64,000 nt of DNA, taken from the NCBI GenBank assembly GCA_051294375.1, contig CM119263.1:7270494-7334493 (forward strand). Direction: 5' to 3'. This DNA comes from Paraspadella gotoi (taxonomy: Eukaryota; Animalia; Chaetognatha). The stretch's first letter is position 1. Each line of letters opens with the position of its first letter. Below the pieces are notes generated by a model. The model worked only from the letters and a program-made list of their open reading frames with translations, ran no database searches and was not told where the DNA came from. A program made the translations under genes and the position numbers. Shown piece by piece: positions 31,262 through 43,498 of this stretch.

Positions 31262-32553
31262 TTTCTCTTCACCCAGGTTTAGGAATGTATAATGTCTTGG
31301 CAAGGTGCAAGCGTGAATGACAGATGAAAGAGCGGGGGGGGGTAAGACAACAACAAAGACGAAGAGACAGACATAAAGGCAGACACAGATAATCGACTCT
31401 ATTGATAAATAAGGATAAGTAAGGATAAGTAAGTTCACGCGAATCTAAATCGAACATTGATTTTCTATTGACAGACAAAGCTATCATTTCTTGACCTCGA
31501 AAAAAAAGGGCCCCACCATAGATTGACCGGCGACTTCCGCATAACCGAATCCTACTGTATCAAGGTTATTCAATCTTCGCTGTGACGTCGAGCGAATATG
31601 AATCAGTCCACTTAGATGAGAAACACTTTACTCTTAAGACATAATACAATTTTTATGGTGATCCTTTCTTAACTTTTAACTTTCATCTAATTAAAACCCC
31701 AATTAAAATATTTTAAAATTGTTTTTCTTATATATTGATTCTTGACCTTTTTCCCGGACCAGGAGCTATAGGATCGCAGATGTTATCGTGTTTACAGAAT
31801 CATTTACAGTCTCGACTCCGTTTCACAGTGATTTCTGAGATGGTCATTCCTTATATCGTCTATAACATCACTCGGCTCTCTATTCTCAACTCACGCCCGA
31901 CGTTATCATTCAGCCCATCAACAACATCCCCATCTCCAGCATCTTTCTCCTAATCGCCACATCTTCGCCACTCTCGCCAAACCACCCCTCGCCTCCACTC
32001 CACCACCCCCTCCCCACTCTCTTCGTAGAAATTTCTCCTGTCTTCTCGAAAGTGATTGATGAAGTCTGCGCCTCTGGTCTTCCGAGAAAAAATTCCACCA
32101 AAGTGAGAGAAACAACAGATTCCATTTTTTTTTCTTCTTCTGCTTTTTTCTTTTTTATTATACTTTTCTTTTGTCGTTCAGGGGAGGAGGAGATGGATAA
32201 AAAAAAGAAAGGAGCTTGAAAAATAATTTATAAGTCTATTACTAATAGTAATATCGGCTCATGATAAAAACGATGCCTACCACTACGACAATAATTTAAG
32301 AAAATTAAACGGACCGGTTTGGTAAACTATTTAAATCTTCGAAAATTGAGATCCTATTTTCATATACATGTACACTTGTACATATAACTATAAATATATC
32401 ATAAACTGCAAACAATTTTTCTGGTTGTTTTTGCAAGAGAGAAAAAGAGAGAGAATAAAAGAAAATTTAAAGGAATGTCCCACAGTCAAAGATGAACTCG
32501 CTTTTTCACATAATGACGTGCGGCGCTAATCAGTTTCTAAGTAAAGCATCGGC

Positions 32554-32612
<59 letters not shown>

Positions 32613-32699
32613 AGAGAGAGAGAGAGGAGAGAGTGAGTCACGTATTCTCGCTCTTTGTCGATGCCCCGAAGTGAATGCATTTCTCCTCGCCCAACGAAG

Positions 32700-32930
32700 G
32701 ATTTATTGCCGCTGTCGTCTCCCCGGCCCCCGGGGTTTTTTTTTTCTTTTCGGTTGACGGCGGTTTGACGTCGTCCTTGACATCTGGTGCCGAGAGGTTT
32801 ACCCGCCGGGTTGGTCGGTTTGACGCCAGGCGCGGCGCCGCGTAGGCCGGGCGGGCGTCGGCTGTGTTATAGCGAACGGGCGCCGCGACCGAATGACCGT
32901 TGACCTTGCCCTCTAGCGGCCCTGGAATGC
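32700..32930. promoter_or_regulatory. GC/CpG-rich island with a CTCF-like motif and a nuclear-receptor site
   Basis: tgccctctagcggcc at 32907-32921 (reverse complement GGCCGCTAGAGGGCA) matches the CTCF core. TGACCTTG (CAAGGTCA reversed) lies at 32901-32908. Confidence 0.4.
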
Positions 32931-32936
32931 CAGAAA

Positions 32937-33015
<79 letters not shown>

Positions 33016-35034
33016 AATTAAATTTTTACTAAGTTATTCTTGAAATAAAATACCCAGTGGCGTTTACCAGAATTATAGATAAACTGATATAATCGCTTTT
33101 GATGACATAGCTCAACACTACTGACTACAATGACAGCAGAAACCGAAAGCGTTTACTAATTTTCATACAAAAACAATCATCTTTAAGAAATGGCATATTA
33201 CGAATGAACAAAAGTAATTTGAGTACAATAAAGAAACAAACAATAGCTCCGGCATCGGTAACAGCGAACATAAAAAAAGTAGCCAAACGCAAAAAAAAAG
33301 CAAAAGAAATTCTGGTTTGTTTGGTTCCCGCGGTTGATGGAAAGGCGTTTATAGAAAACGTCACGTTTTGTGAGGCGAGAGGGGAAAAGGCGTGAACGTG
33401 AGTCGAGGAGGAACGCGAGAGTTTTGTGATGACGTCAGAGGATTTATATTTTGATTTTATGAGGCACCGAATCATACCAAATGCGTGACTTGTGAGTTTG
33501 TCCGATTTTTTTCTTCTTNNNNNNNNNNNNNNNNNNNNNNNNNATCTTCTTTTTTGTAAAATCGCTTGTAGCGGATTTTACTTACCCCCGAAAATTTGTA
33601 ACAATTTTGGGCCGCTCCCTTTTTTTTTTAAATTTTTTTTTTTTTTTTTTTACCGTCCTCTGCTGTACTTTTTGTTACCATAGTATACTGAGATTTGTCT
33701 CTTACTTTTTTACTATGAGCATTTTCCCCCTTTACTTTGCTATAGAATTTGTGCCTCTTATTTGTTGCACCCTTTGCCACTAGATCTTCACTTGAAAATC
33801 CGCTTATAATTCACCAAAATAGCAAACGTGTGCCTGTTTTGGGTCTCCTATAATAAACAGATGTGTCACACCAACAGGTAGCATTTTTTTCTGAAACAAA
33901 ATAGTAACCATGTCCATATATATCTGGTTTGTATCTTTTTCACTCGCCCTATTTGACGAGAGAGCTACTAAGGAGGGCAATTTACATGAAGCACGCCAGT
34001 CTTTATATATATACAATTGGATACTATTCAATTGCCTTTCTGTCTGGCACCCACTTAGAATCTTCACTTGCAACAATAGACTCATCAAACCAAAAAATAA
34101 GCAAGTGTTATTTTGTTTGATTTTTTATCTTATGTTTGATAGTCCTTTTTTCCCCTGCGTCTTTTTCGTAATGTAATAGGATTCTACTGATGTATATAAT
34201 ACAAAATTTTTTTGTAGAAAATTTTGTGTAAGTAATACGTTACTTGACCTGGATTTCGTGGCCGTTGGTGCGCAGGGACAAGAACGAATGTTAAAACATA
34301 GGTTGTTCTGAGAGACCCTTTATCGATAACTTTTCAGCTACATATTATTTAATTAAGCGTTTAGAGAAATGGCAAACGGAAACGTTATGTTATTAAAAAA
34401 TTATGATCATCTTGACCGGGAGATTCAAAACGAAGATTATGTGTACCTTCGTTACTTAACGATTGGCTTTCTTTTCAGTCTGATGGTCGCGACCAAGAGT
34501 GCTAGGCAACGGATAACAGTATTAATAAACGAGTGACCTAATAATTGCGTAATCGTTGGCGGGAAAACTTAATCTACTCATCAATCTCTTCAGTCCGGGA
34601 TCATCTCTCTCGTAATCTTTCTCCTATCTGTTCTTCTTCTCTCATCATCTCTCTCGGACATTTTCTCTCTCTCACTCTCTCTTATCTCTTTTTTTTTAAC
34701 AAAAAAAATTTTTAGTCAACTTATTTTTTTACCGCCGGCTCTGGCGGAAGCCAGTCAGTTCAAGACTTCTGTTCATCTAGCACACCGCCTCTCCTATCTC
34801 TCTATATCTCTCATTTTCTTCTTATTTCTCTTTTTTCTTAAGAGTCTGGCGTGAATAATCTGTTCTCTCTACATCATCTGTACCGAAATATCCTTCTTGC
34901 GTGATCGAGATTCGTTTGCAAATTTTTTTAAAAATATTATTAAATGTTTTTTGAAAAATTCCTGATTAATTTTTTTCACTTTTATTATAAACATTACATG
35001 AAGTTTCTGAGTTCAACTATTCCGTTGTTTAAAG

Positions 35035-35115
35035 TTTTTTAGTATCGCGAAATCTGCTTGATCATCACAGATCCCGACTACTATTAATTCAACTTGTCGG
35101 TTTCCGTCGGTCCGC
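35035..35115 (+). mobile_element. 5' end of a Helentron-associated (HINE/DINE-1-like) non-autonomous element, degenerate copy
   Basis: tttttagt..aatctgcttgatcatcacagatcccgactactattaattcaacttgtcggtttccgtcggtccg is homologous to 36803-36866. A gtccgt-rich tract follows at ~35316-35360. Confidence 0.45.
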
Positions 35116-36802
35116 CCCTCGTATATTGTTCGGGCAACATAACGTTATATCGATGTAAGTGCAGCCCATAACATCGAAGTTAAATCGATAGAGATTGATG
35201 CAAAAAAAACTCATGATGTCCGTCAACACATACACCGTCTGCTCTGTTTGAGCTGTCCGTAATTGTGAAAACCGATTGGAATTTCTTTTTAAAAAACTCA
35301 CGTTAAAAAAAAATCGTACCGTCCCGTCCGTAACCGCGGTCCGTACGTCCGCATCCGTGAGATTTTATCTTTTACAGAAAAAAAAACTCGTAAGGATCGT
35401 GTTAGTTACCAGCTCCTTATTATAGACATAACGTTTACCCGTATTATGCTTTTATTTTATTTTTTTTTTTTTTGTGATTTTTAATTTTATTTTTTATTTT
35501 TCTGTTCTTTTTTTTCTCTGTCTCGTTTTCTCTCTCAGGAAAAAAATTTTCAAATCATCGAGTTGAAAAAAGTCTGGCCACTCGATTTCGATTTTAATAG
35601 GTTAACTGTATAAGTAGATGTGGCTGTTGGGAACTTTTGAAGGAGCAAAGCGAAGAAAACCGATCGCTTAACAAGAATAGCTACCCATCCGAGAACCATT
35701 TACTCTCTTTCTTTGTCTTTTGAGAGCGTTTGATTGCTTTTACTGCCCTCCGCCCTCTAAAATGCTCAAATTATTTATTTTATTTGGCCAAACTGACCAC
35801 GTTTTCTTATACTAAAATGGTTTAAAATTTAATAGAACCATAAAATAGATAACGGCGTTACGAAAGGGACTGATTGATCTCGGCGCCTTGAATACTGTGC
35901 TATGATGAAAAAATGTTATTTTTCACAAGTATCAGCGAGTAATTTATATGTTTTGTTCTTACTTACTCCTCATTGTATTTTAATATAATTGAAAAAAAGT
36001 TTACAAAAATCATTTTTTTTACTTTTAGTGTCAAAAAATTACTTCAATTTTCTCATCTATCTCTCCGGTTTAAACCAGCTTTAGTATCACGCTTGATGAA
36101 TATCTGTAGATTTTTATATCTTATGATACAGGTAAGGTTTAGCTTATTAGTCTCTGATGTTTGATTTTGGCGATTTCATTGTGCGATTTTTTTAAAATTA
36201 GTTAGAGAAATTTGATTTTCAATTATCTAAGGTATTTCCCTCAAGCCACAAGACATTCGCAAAGTCAAAATATAGAAGAAATTAACTATGTTTCCAAGAA
36301 TTAAAAAGATTTCTTGCAGATTTACCGTTTTAAACAGGTTTATTATGATAAAATTTAACAAAATATGATAATAGTTTAAATTAGGTTATAAGTTCGGTTT
36401 TTTGGTGCTATTATGTGTTCTGTTGCGGTTTTGTGTTTGGCGGATTAATTGAGTTTTTAGGAAAAGAAAATGATAAACATACCCTTACAAGTTGAACATG
36501 TCAAGATACAATTCGAAAAATTATATACAAGAAAGAACTAAAGGTTTTCAAATTTTTTATTTTTTGACTTTCTTTCTTGTATTACATTAACGGCAGGTTT
36601 AATTTCTGAATTAAGATATAATCATTGTCAAGAGAATTGAAACAGTTATGCAAATAGGTTCAACGTAATAACTGGTTAATCGTGCCGGATTTTAGCGATT
36701 TTGTATTTTAAGAGAGAAATAGCATTAACGCTAAATGAATCTCAATTTCCAAGAAAAATAACAAAGAAAAGAAAAAACTGGATTTTAAAATTTTCTTTCA
36801 TA

Positions 36803-36866
36803 TTTTTTAGTCTGGATCTGCTTATCAGCAGATCCCGACTCTATAATCTCACTTTGTCGGTCCCCG
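36803..36866 (+). mobile_element. 5' end of a HINE/DINE-1-like element with a terminal hairpin
   Basis: ttttttagtctGGATCTGCTtatcAGCAGATCCcgactctataatctcactttgtcggtc: a T-run, a 9-bp palindromic stem, then ctata...tgtcggtc. This architecture is typical of Helentron-associated elements. A second copy is at 35035. Confidence 0.5.
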
Positions 36867-38509
36867 CGGTGAGAGAGAGAGAGAGAATCTTATTTTACCG
36901 ATAAAAAGTTTTTTTAACCAAAAAATACGAGTTCGTTACGCAAAATAAAAAAAGTTTGCGGACATGCGGAATAGATTTTTGAGAAGGAATCGGTTGTGAC
37001 TCTCACTCTGAGACTCGTTTCACCAGAAATCTTATCTCACACCGCACACGCCCTTCGTTGCTTCCCTTTCTTCCTTCTACAATCAACAATTTCTTTCTTT
37101 TGCCTTTTGACCCTGAACAACTTTTTAGAGCTATTTCGATCTAAAACTAAAAAAGTAATTTTACCATGTTTTAAATTTTTTTTATACAACTAAGTTGGCT
37201 TAGAATTATATTTTATTCGGAATTCGGTAACGAATAAAAACTTCGTTAGTGAAAAATCATTTGTTTATTGGCCGATTTTAAAAACGTACGAGGTTTTGTT
37301 AAAGATGGCCATTGGCCAATAGTTCTTTTTTTAAATTTTGTTATTTTATCTTACTCATTCTAACTAAAACAACTCCTCTATCTCACTCTTGCATTTTTTT
37401 CCGTAATAACTTATTAAGTGGTTTCTTAAATGAAATGAAATTCTTAAAAGATAAATGCTAAAAAAAAATAAATAAATAAATAAAAAAGAAATAAATAAAT
37501 AAATAAATAAATAAATAAATANNNNNNNNNNNNNNNNNNNNNNNNNNNNNNNNNNNNNNNNNNNNNNNNNNNNNNNNNNNNNNNNNNNNNNNNNNNNNNN
37601 NNNNNNNNNNNNNNNNNNNNNNNNNNNNNNNNNNNNNNNNNNNNNNNNNNNNNNNNNNNNNNNNNNNNNNNNNNNNNNNNNNNNNNNNNNNNNNNNNNNN
37701 NNNNNNNNNNNNNNNNNNNNNNNNNNNNNNNNNNNNNNNNNNNNNNNNNNNNNNNNNNNNNNNNNNNNNNNNNNNNNNNNNNNNNNNNNNNNNNNNNNNN
37801 CCCTTTCCCACTTTCATTCAGCTTTTAACTCATCAAGACGACCATTCCCAGGACTCGCCGCTCGATCGAAAATCAAAGTTATANNNNNNNNNNNNNNNNN
37901 NNNNNNNNCAATTATACACAGAGGCTCGAATTATAAAGCACCACCCTGCAAAATTCCCTAACTCCTCATTCGCCCTGCCATTTTTGCTCGAGGCACCATC
38001 CCACCCACCACTTTTTTTATCTGGTTTAATTTATTAGACAAGGAAGATTATTACCCACGAAGCCCAATTTAATTTTTTCTGGAGAAGAATGATTATAGAA
38101 AATATATTGTTCTTGAATGTAATTTGTTTTAAAAAAGATATTATACTAAAATATTTTTCATTGAATTTTTAAAAACCCCTTAATAACCAAAATTGAAAAA
38201 AAAATAAAATGTACTTTTTATTATAGGTTTTTGATTCTCTGCATATGCAAATGATTTTATTATTGTATATTCATTATTGCTTTTTGTCGTCCTTTGTCTG
38301 TCGTCATTTTTCGGTCGTGTCTTTCGACGTCGTCTTCGTTTGTCATCTATGGCCGCGTTTCTTCCTGTGTTTTTCTTCCAATCAGTCAATAAAAACTTTA
38401 ACGTTGAAGCCATTTCCAGGATTTGCAGATTACACTTTTAAATGATTCACTTATGCACACAAAAAAAGCGGAAAAAAAATTGAATAAAAAAATTCTGTAA
38501 AAGCAATAG

Positions 38510-39095
38510 AAATCGAGCCAGCCTTTCGAGGTAACCAAATATTAATGCGATGAGTTAACTAAATATTGATGCGATGATAACCCAATAATTGATGCGTGGG
38601 GTGCGATGATAATAAAATAACTGATGTGATGATAATCAAATAATGATGCGATGATAGTTCATTCATTGATGTGATGATAATTCATTCATGATATGATGAT
38701 AATCATTCATTGATGCGATGATAGTCATTCATTGACGCGATGAGTCATTCATCGTAATAAACAAACAAATGCGTGTATCGAAGAAAGAGAGAGAAGAGAT
38801 GAGACGAGAAGGAGTAGAGAGAGACGGAGAAGAGAAAAGGATGAGAGAGGCTGGTCATTTTCACTCTCGTTTATAAAAAGTATATCAGAATTTTTAGAAA
38901 AAAAATCACGAAAATCTCGGATGTAAATTTGGTTATTTTGTATTGAAGAAAAAAAGCGCGGAATAAATGGCGGAATAAATAGAAAGAAAAAAGAGAGAAA
39001 GAGAGAGAGAGACGATGAGAGAGATGAGGAGAGAGAGAGAGATTAGAAAGATAGAGAGAAGCTGGACCGCCCTGCAGAGCTGAACTCGTTTTTCG
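38510..39095 (+). repeat. Dispersed repeat family member: GATGCGATGATA minisatellite, then a cacgaaaatctcggatgtaaattt module, then (AG)n
   Basis: The same module order occurs at ~55325-55860. The second module also occurs at ~39595-39680, 41136-41220 and 43105-43190. Confidence 0.8.
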
Positions 39096-40069
39096 AACCG
39101 TATCTGAGAGGGACGAAACTCTTTCCTTTCCTTAATGAAATTTTAGAATTTGTTTTTTTTTTTTAAGAAGAAAACCGACCAGAGCAAATTTCATATTTGC
39201 ATATTTAACTAATTTAATAAATATTATCCCAACTCAAAATTAATTATTATTTTAAAAAAGAATAAAAATGATTAAATATATACACTAAAAAAAATTTACA
39301 ATTTTAAAATTTGGTAATATTATTAAGAATAACAAAAAAAGTAATTGTTAATTACAATATCTCTCTTGTCAAAACTCCTATTTTAGATATAATTGCAATT
39401 ATGGGCCGACGCGTCCAAAGTTACAGTAATAAACAAAAACAAAAAATTTTTTTGTTTAGAAAGTCTATATATGCAATTAAATTAATTCAGCGCAGATTGC
39501 CGGACATATAGCAGCTATATGTACAGCAGCAAGCTGATGTACATGTGACATTGCCTGCATTATAAGTTATTTTTCCCTTTTTTCTAAAAGGAATCCATGA
39601 AAATCATTGGATGATAAATTGGGATTTTGTATAGAGAAAAAAAATAAATGGCCGATAATTAAAAGTTTTTAGAAGGAAAAAAATAATAAGAATTTTTCAA
39701 AAAACGAAGCGTTCGTTACATAGAGAGAGAGGACAGAGAGAGAAAGAGAGAGAGAGAGGGAAAAAAAAAATGTGACTAAAAATTTTTTTTTATAAAAAAA
39801 AAAAATGAGAGAGAGAGAGATAGAGAGAGCCGGAAACTCGGTTTACTCGTCCGCAGTGACGAGGTGAAAAAAAAGGTGACTAAAAATTATTTTTGTACAA
39901 AAAAAAAGAAGATAGAAAGAGAGAAGAGAGAGAGAGACAGATAGAGAGAAAGATCTAGAAGAGAGAGAGACGAGAGAGATGAGGAGAGAGCCGGAATTTT
40001 TACTCGTTTACAAGTGAATAAATTTTTTTGGTAAAAAAAAAAAGAGAGGAGAGAAGTGAGAGAGAGAGT

Positions 40070-40100
<31 letters not shown>

Positions 40101-40249
40101 AAAGGAGAGAGTGAGCGAGAGAGAGAGAGAGATTGAGAGAGAGAAGAAAACGAGAGAGAGAGAGAGAGAAGGAGAGAGAGAGAAATGTTTTCCGCCCAAC
40201 GATTTACGCAATGATTAGGTCACTCTTGTTTATATCGGCCGTGATAAGG

Positions 40250-41000
40250 GAAAAAAATAAAAAATGGGGGAAAAGAATGAATAAATGTGGATAAAAAAAA
40301 TTTAAATTTTGGAAAATCAAGTAATTGATTTAAATGAAAATTAAGGGGAAGAATTTTTATATTAAAAATAGAAGGAGAAAGATTTTGAAATGGAGATTTC
40401 GAGAGATTTTCAATGAACAGAAATTATAGGGGGAAAAAAAAAAATAAAAGAAAAGATTGGAATTTTAAAATAAAAAAACAAAGAAAAATTAAAAAAAAAA
40501 AAAAAAAAGAAAAACAAGAAAAAGAGAATCAAATTAAATCTTCAAGGGGAAAAAAATTTCAATTTAAACCTGAGAAAAAAAAAAAAAAAAAAATAAAAAA
40601 GATTAAAAATTGAGAAAAAATTCTTTCAAAGAAAGAAATCTAAAAAAAAAAAAAATGATTAAAAAAATGAAAATTTTTTAAAAATTTTCAAGGAAAATCA
40701 AGGAAATTAAAAATGGAAGATAGATTTAGAGAAAAAAAAAAAAAAGGGAAAGATAGAGAATTATTTTAAAAAAAGAAAATTTAAATCTGAAAAAAAATCT
40801 TTATAAAATAAAAAAAAAAAATTTAGGAAAAAAGAAAGAATTTAAAAAAAAAAAATTAAAAAAAAAAAATCAAAAAATCAAAAAAAAATAATAATAAATT
40901 TTTCAAAAATAAAAAAAATTTGTTTTTTAATTCAAGAAAAATAATTAAAAAAAAAAAGAATAAAAAAAAAGAATCCTTTTTTAAGAAAAAAAGATTTCTC
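40250..41000 (+). repeat. Extremely A-rich low-complexity tract
   Basis: Poly-A runs interrupted by tt/g. No coding potential beyond Lys-rich junk ORFs. Confidence 0.85.
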
Positions 41001-41014
41001 GGTCAAGTTGATTT

Positions 41015-41320
41015 TTTTTTATACACGTAACGCTGTTATTAAGGTATGTGCCTCGACATTGTTTACTCGTTGCCCCGCAACGGCCACGAAATCCAGGTCA
41101 AGTAAGTTATTTCTTCACATTTTCTCAAAAAAATTCCACGGAAAATCTCAGATGTAAATTGGGATTTTGTATTGAAGAAGTAAAAGCGCGAATAAATTGC
41201 GAATATAAAGTTTTTAAGGAAAGAAATACATCAGAATTTTTAAAATTTTAAAAAAAACGAACGATCACGAAAGCACACAAGAGAGACAGAGAGAAACCTG
41301 AAACTTCAGTTTTTAAACGA
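41015..41320 (+). mobile_element. Dispersed non-autonomous element (cctcgacattgtttactcg...caacggccacgaaatccaggtcaagtaa); copies at 43020-43290 (+) and ~34238-34295 (-)
   Basis: The shared core was read directly in three places. Both plus-strand copies start at tttttatac(a/t)cgt. Confidence 0.65.
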
Positions 41321-42437
41321 TTCAGAAAAGGCAGCGCCTAAAAAAAATATATATAATAAAAAATTAAATAAAAAAGAAATGGCAAAAAATGTTACAAGGT
41401 ATTTTTACAATTGGAAACTTTTCAAATTTGTTCCCAATCGCAGCTTGTAAAAGGAATTTTATTTTATTGTAATTAAAATTAAGATAAGCTTCTCATTAAA
41501 AAAAATCCTTTGATTCCCCATTTTTATTAGAAATTTAAAAAAAAATTTTTGAATTTCATTCTTCATGATTATATACTGCAGTATGTAAATTAGCATTAAA
41601 AGCATTTTCACTATACTAATTTGGATATATATAATGAGTACTATAATCTCTTTGCTATTGCAGTAAAGTCATAATTGAAGTTGGAAATTCCAAACAAAAA
41701 ATAACTTAGATCCAAATGTATAATATGAAATATCAAAGTATTTCAAGTTGAGAAGCCATATCTTAATTTTTTAACTTACTATGATCGCACACTTTTGTAA
41801 AACGTGTGTGGGGGCGTATAATAAGTTCATAATAATTTTTATTTAAAAAAAAACGGTTAGAGTCCCAGCCAAAACTATTTAAAAGCGCAGTAGTTTTTAT
41901 ACAAAAAAGCGTGACAGCCGACGACGACGCACGACTAAATCACAAAGAAGCCAATAACTAAAACATTATACGAGCCTGACCCGGCTTCGCCGTCATGGCT
42001 CGATAAAAATTAAAAAAAAAATGAGAGAGAGGGAGAGAGAGACAGAGAGAGTCAAAGAAGAGAGAGATAGAAGAGAGATTTAGAAGAGACAGAGAGAAAG
42101 AAAGAAACAAGTTTGAGCAAACAATGTCGGGATTCTTGCCTACGATGAATTAAATTAATTAATTAATTAATAAATAGATTAATTAATTAATTTATTAATT
42201 AATTAATTAATTTATTAATAGATTAAATTAATAATTTATTAATTTAATTATAATTTATATTCAGCTTGTCATAAATCGAATTTGTCCTTAAAATTGAGTT
42301 CAGCCACAGTTATTAAATGTTTGTTATACATTTTATCCAAAACAAACAAATATCCTATATGTTTTATTTTATGTCTCCTTCTCTCTCTCTCTCACTGTCT
42401 CTCTTTCTCTCTCACTCTCTCTCTCTGCTCTCTCACT

Positions 42438-42468
<31 letters not shown>

Positions 42469-42573
42469 TTTTATTGCAATTGCGACGTATTCCTTATGCT
42501 TTTAAGTTTTTTTAACCAGTGCCCATTGTTGAAAAATTCCTTTCTTTTCGTTGTTTGGGACGATGAGAGACCA

Positions 42574-42734
42574 GTTGAGTTTACTTTTTGACAACGATTT
42601 ATTTTATGCAAAACAGACATGTTTCGTTCATTTCAAGCCTTCAACCACCAATAACGCTGATGAAGGCTTGAATATGAGCGAAACATGTCTGTTTTGCATA
42701 AAAAATAAAATCTTATGTCAAAAGTATACTCAAC
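42574..42734. mobile_element. Penelope-like pLTR remnant with an inverted truncated copy (161-bp hairpin)
   Basis: Arms gttgagt..tttgaca..gatttattttatgcaaaacagacatgtttcgttcatttcaagccttca and tgaaggcttgaatatgagcgaaacatgtctgttttgcataaaaaataaaatc..tgtcaaaag..actcaac. The right arm carries a hammerhead core and AATAAA. Confidence 0.65.
42650..42696 (+). ncRNA. Minimal type I hammerhead ribozyme (Penelope-type)
   Basis: CUGAUGA (42657-42663), helix II GCUU-gaauau-GAGC, GAAA (42680-42683), palindromic helix III ACAUGU, and a GUC cleavage triplet ending at 42689. Helix I is aacg/uguu. Confidence 0.65.
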
Positions 42735-43453
42735 GGATAATTATGCAAAAAAAAAAAAAATAATCAAACAATTTAATCAGTTAATTAATCAATAGTCAAT
42801 AATTAATCAATAATTTATTAGTCAGTCAATTAATAAATCAAAACAAACATTTCGGTATCAAATTAATAAATTAATTGCCCTAATTGAATTAAATTAATTA
42901 ACTTGAATAAATTAATATTAATTAATTAAATTAATTAACTTGAATTAATATTTATTAATTAATTAAATTAATACCCGCATAGATGATTCGTGGGGAAATC
43001 GACATTGTTGCCTCAACTTGTTTTATACTCGTTAAACGTTTTCCGTTTGCCGTTATTAGGGTCATGTTCCTCGACATTGTTTACTCGTTTGCCCGGCAAC
43101 GGCCACGAAAATCTATGTTATTGTATTTGAGACTTTTGTATTGAGAAAAAGCGCGGAAATAAATCGCGATAATAAAAAGTTTTTTAGAGGAAACAAATAA
43201 TCAGAGAGAGAGAGAGAGAGAGAGAAAAAAGATAATGAGAAGCTGGACAGCGCTGACCCGCCGCTGCAGAGCCAACTCGGTTTATTATATTTGTTTCTTC
43301 CAATATCTTTCTTTCTTTCTTTCACTACTAACTCTTTCTTTCTTTCTTTCTTTCTATCTCACTCCACTCTATCTTTCTATTAGGTCTCTTCTCTCTCTCT
43401 TCCTCTCTCTTCTCTCTCTCACGGAGCCTCTCATGCTTTCTATCGCCACGAGT

Positions 43454-43498
<45 letters not shown>

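Larger units (their letters stand above)
42106..43024. mobile_element. Foldback-like element: ~25-bp terminal inverted repeats plus AATT-satellite arms
   Basis: aacaagtttgagcaaacaatgtcg (~42106-42129) is the near reverse complement of cgacattgttgcctcaacttgtt (~43000-43022). (TTAA/AATT)-rich arrays lie at 42146-42260 and 42770-42972. No TSD was resolved. Confidence 0.55.
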
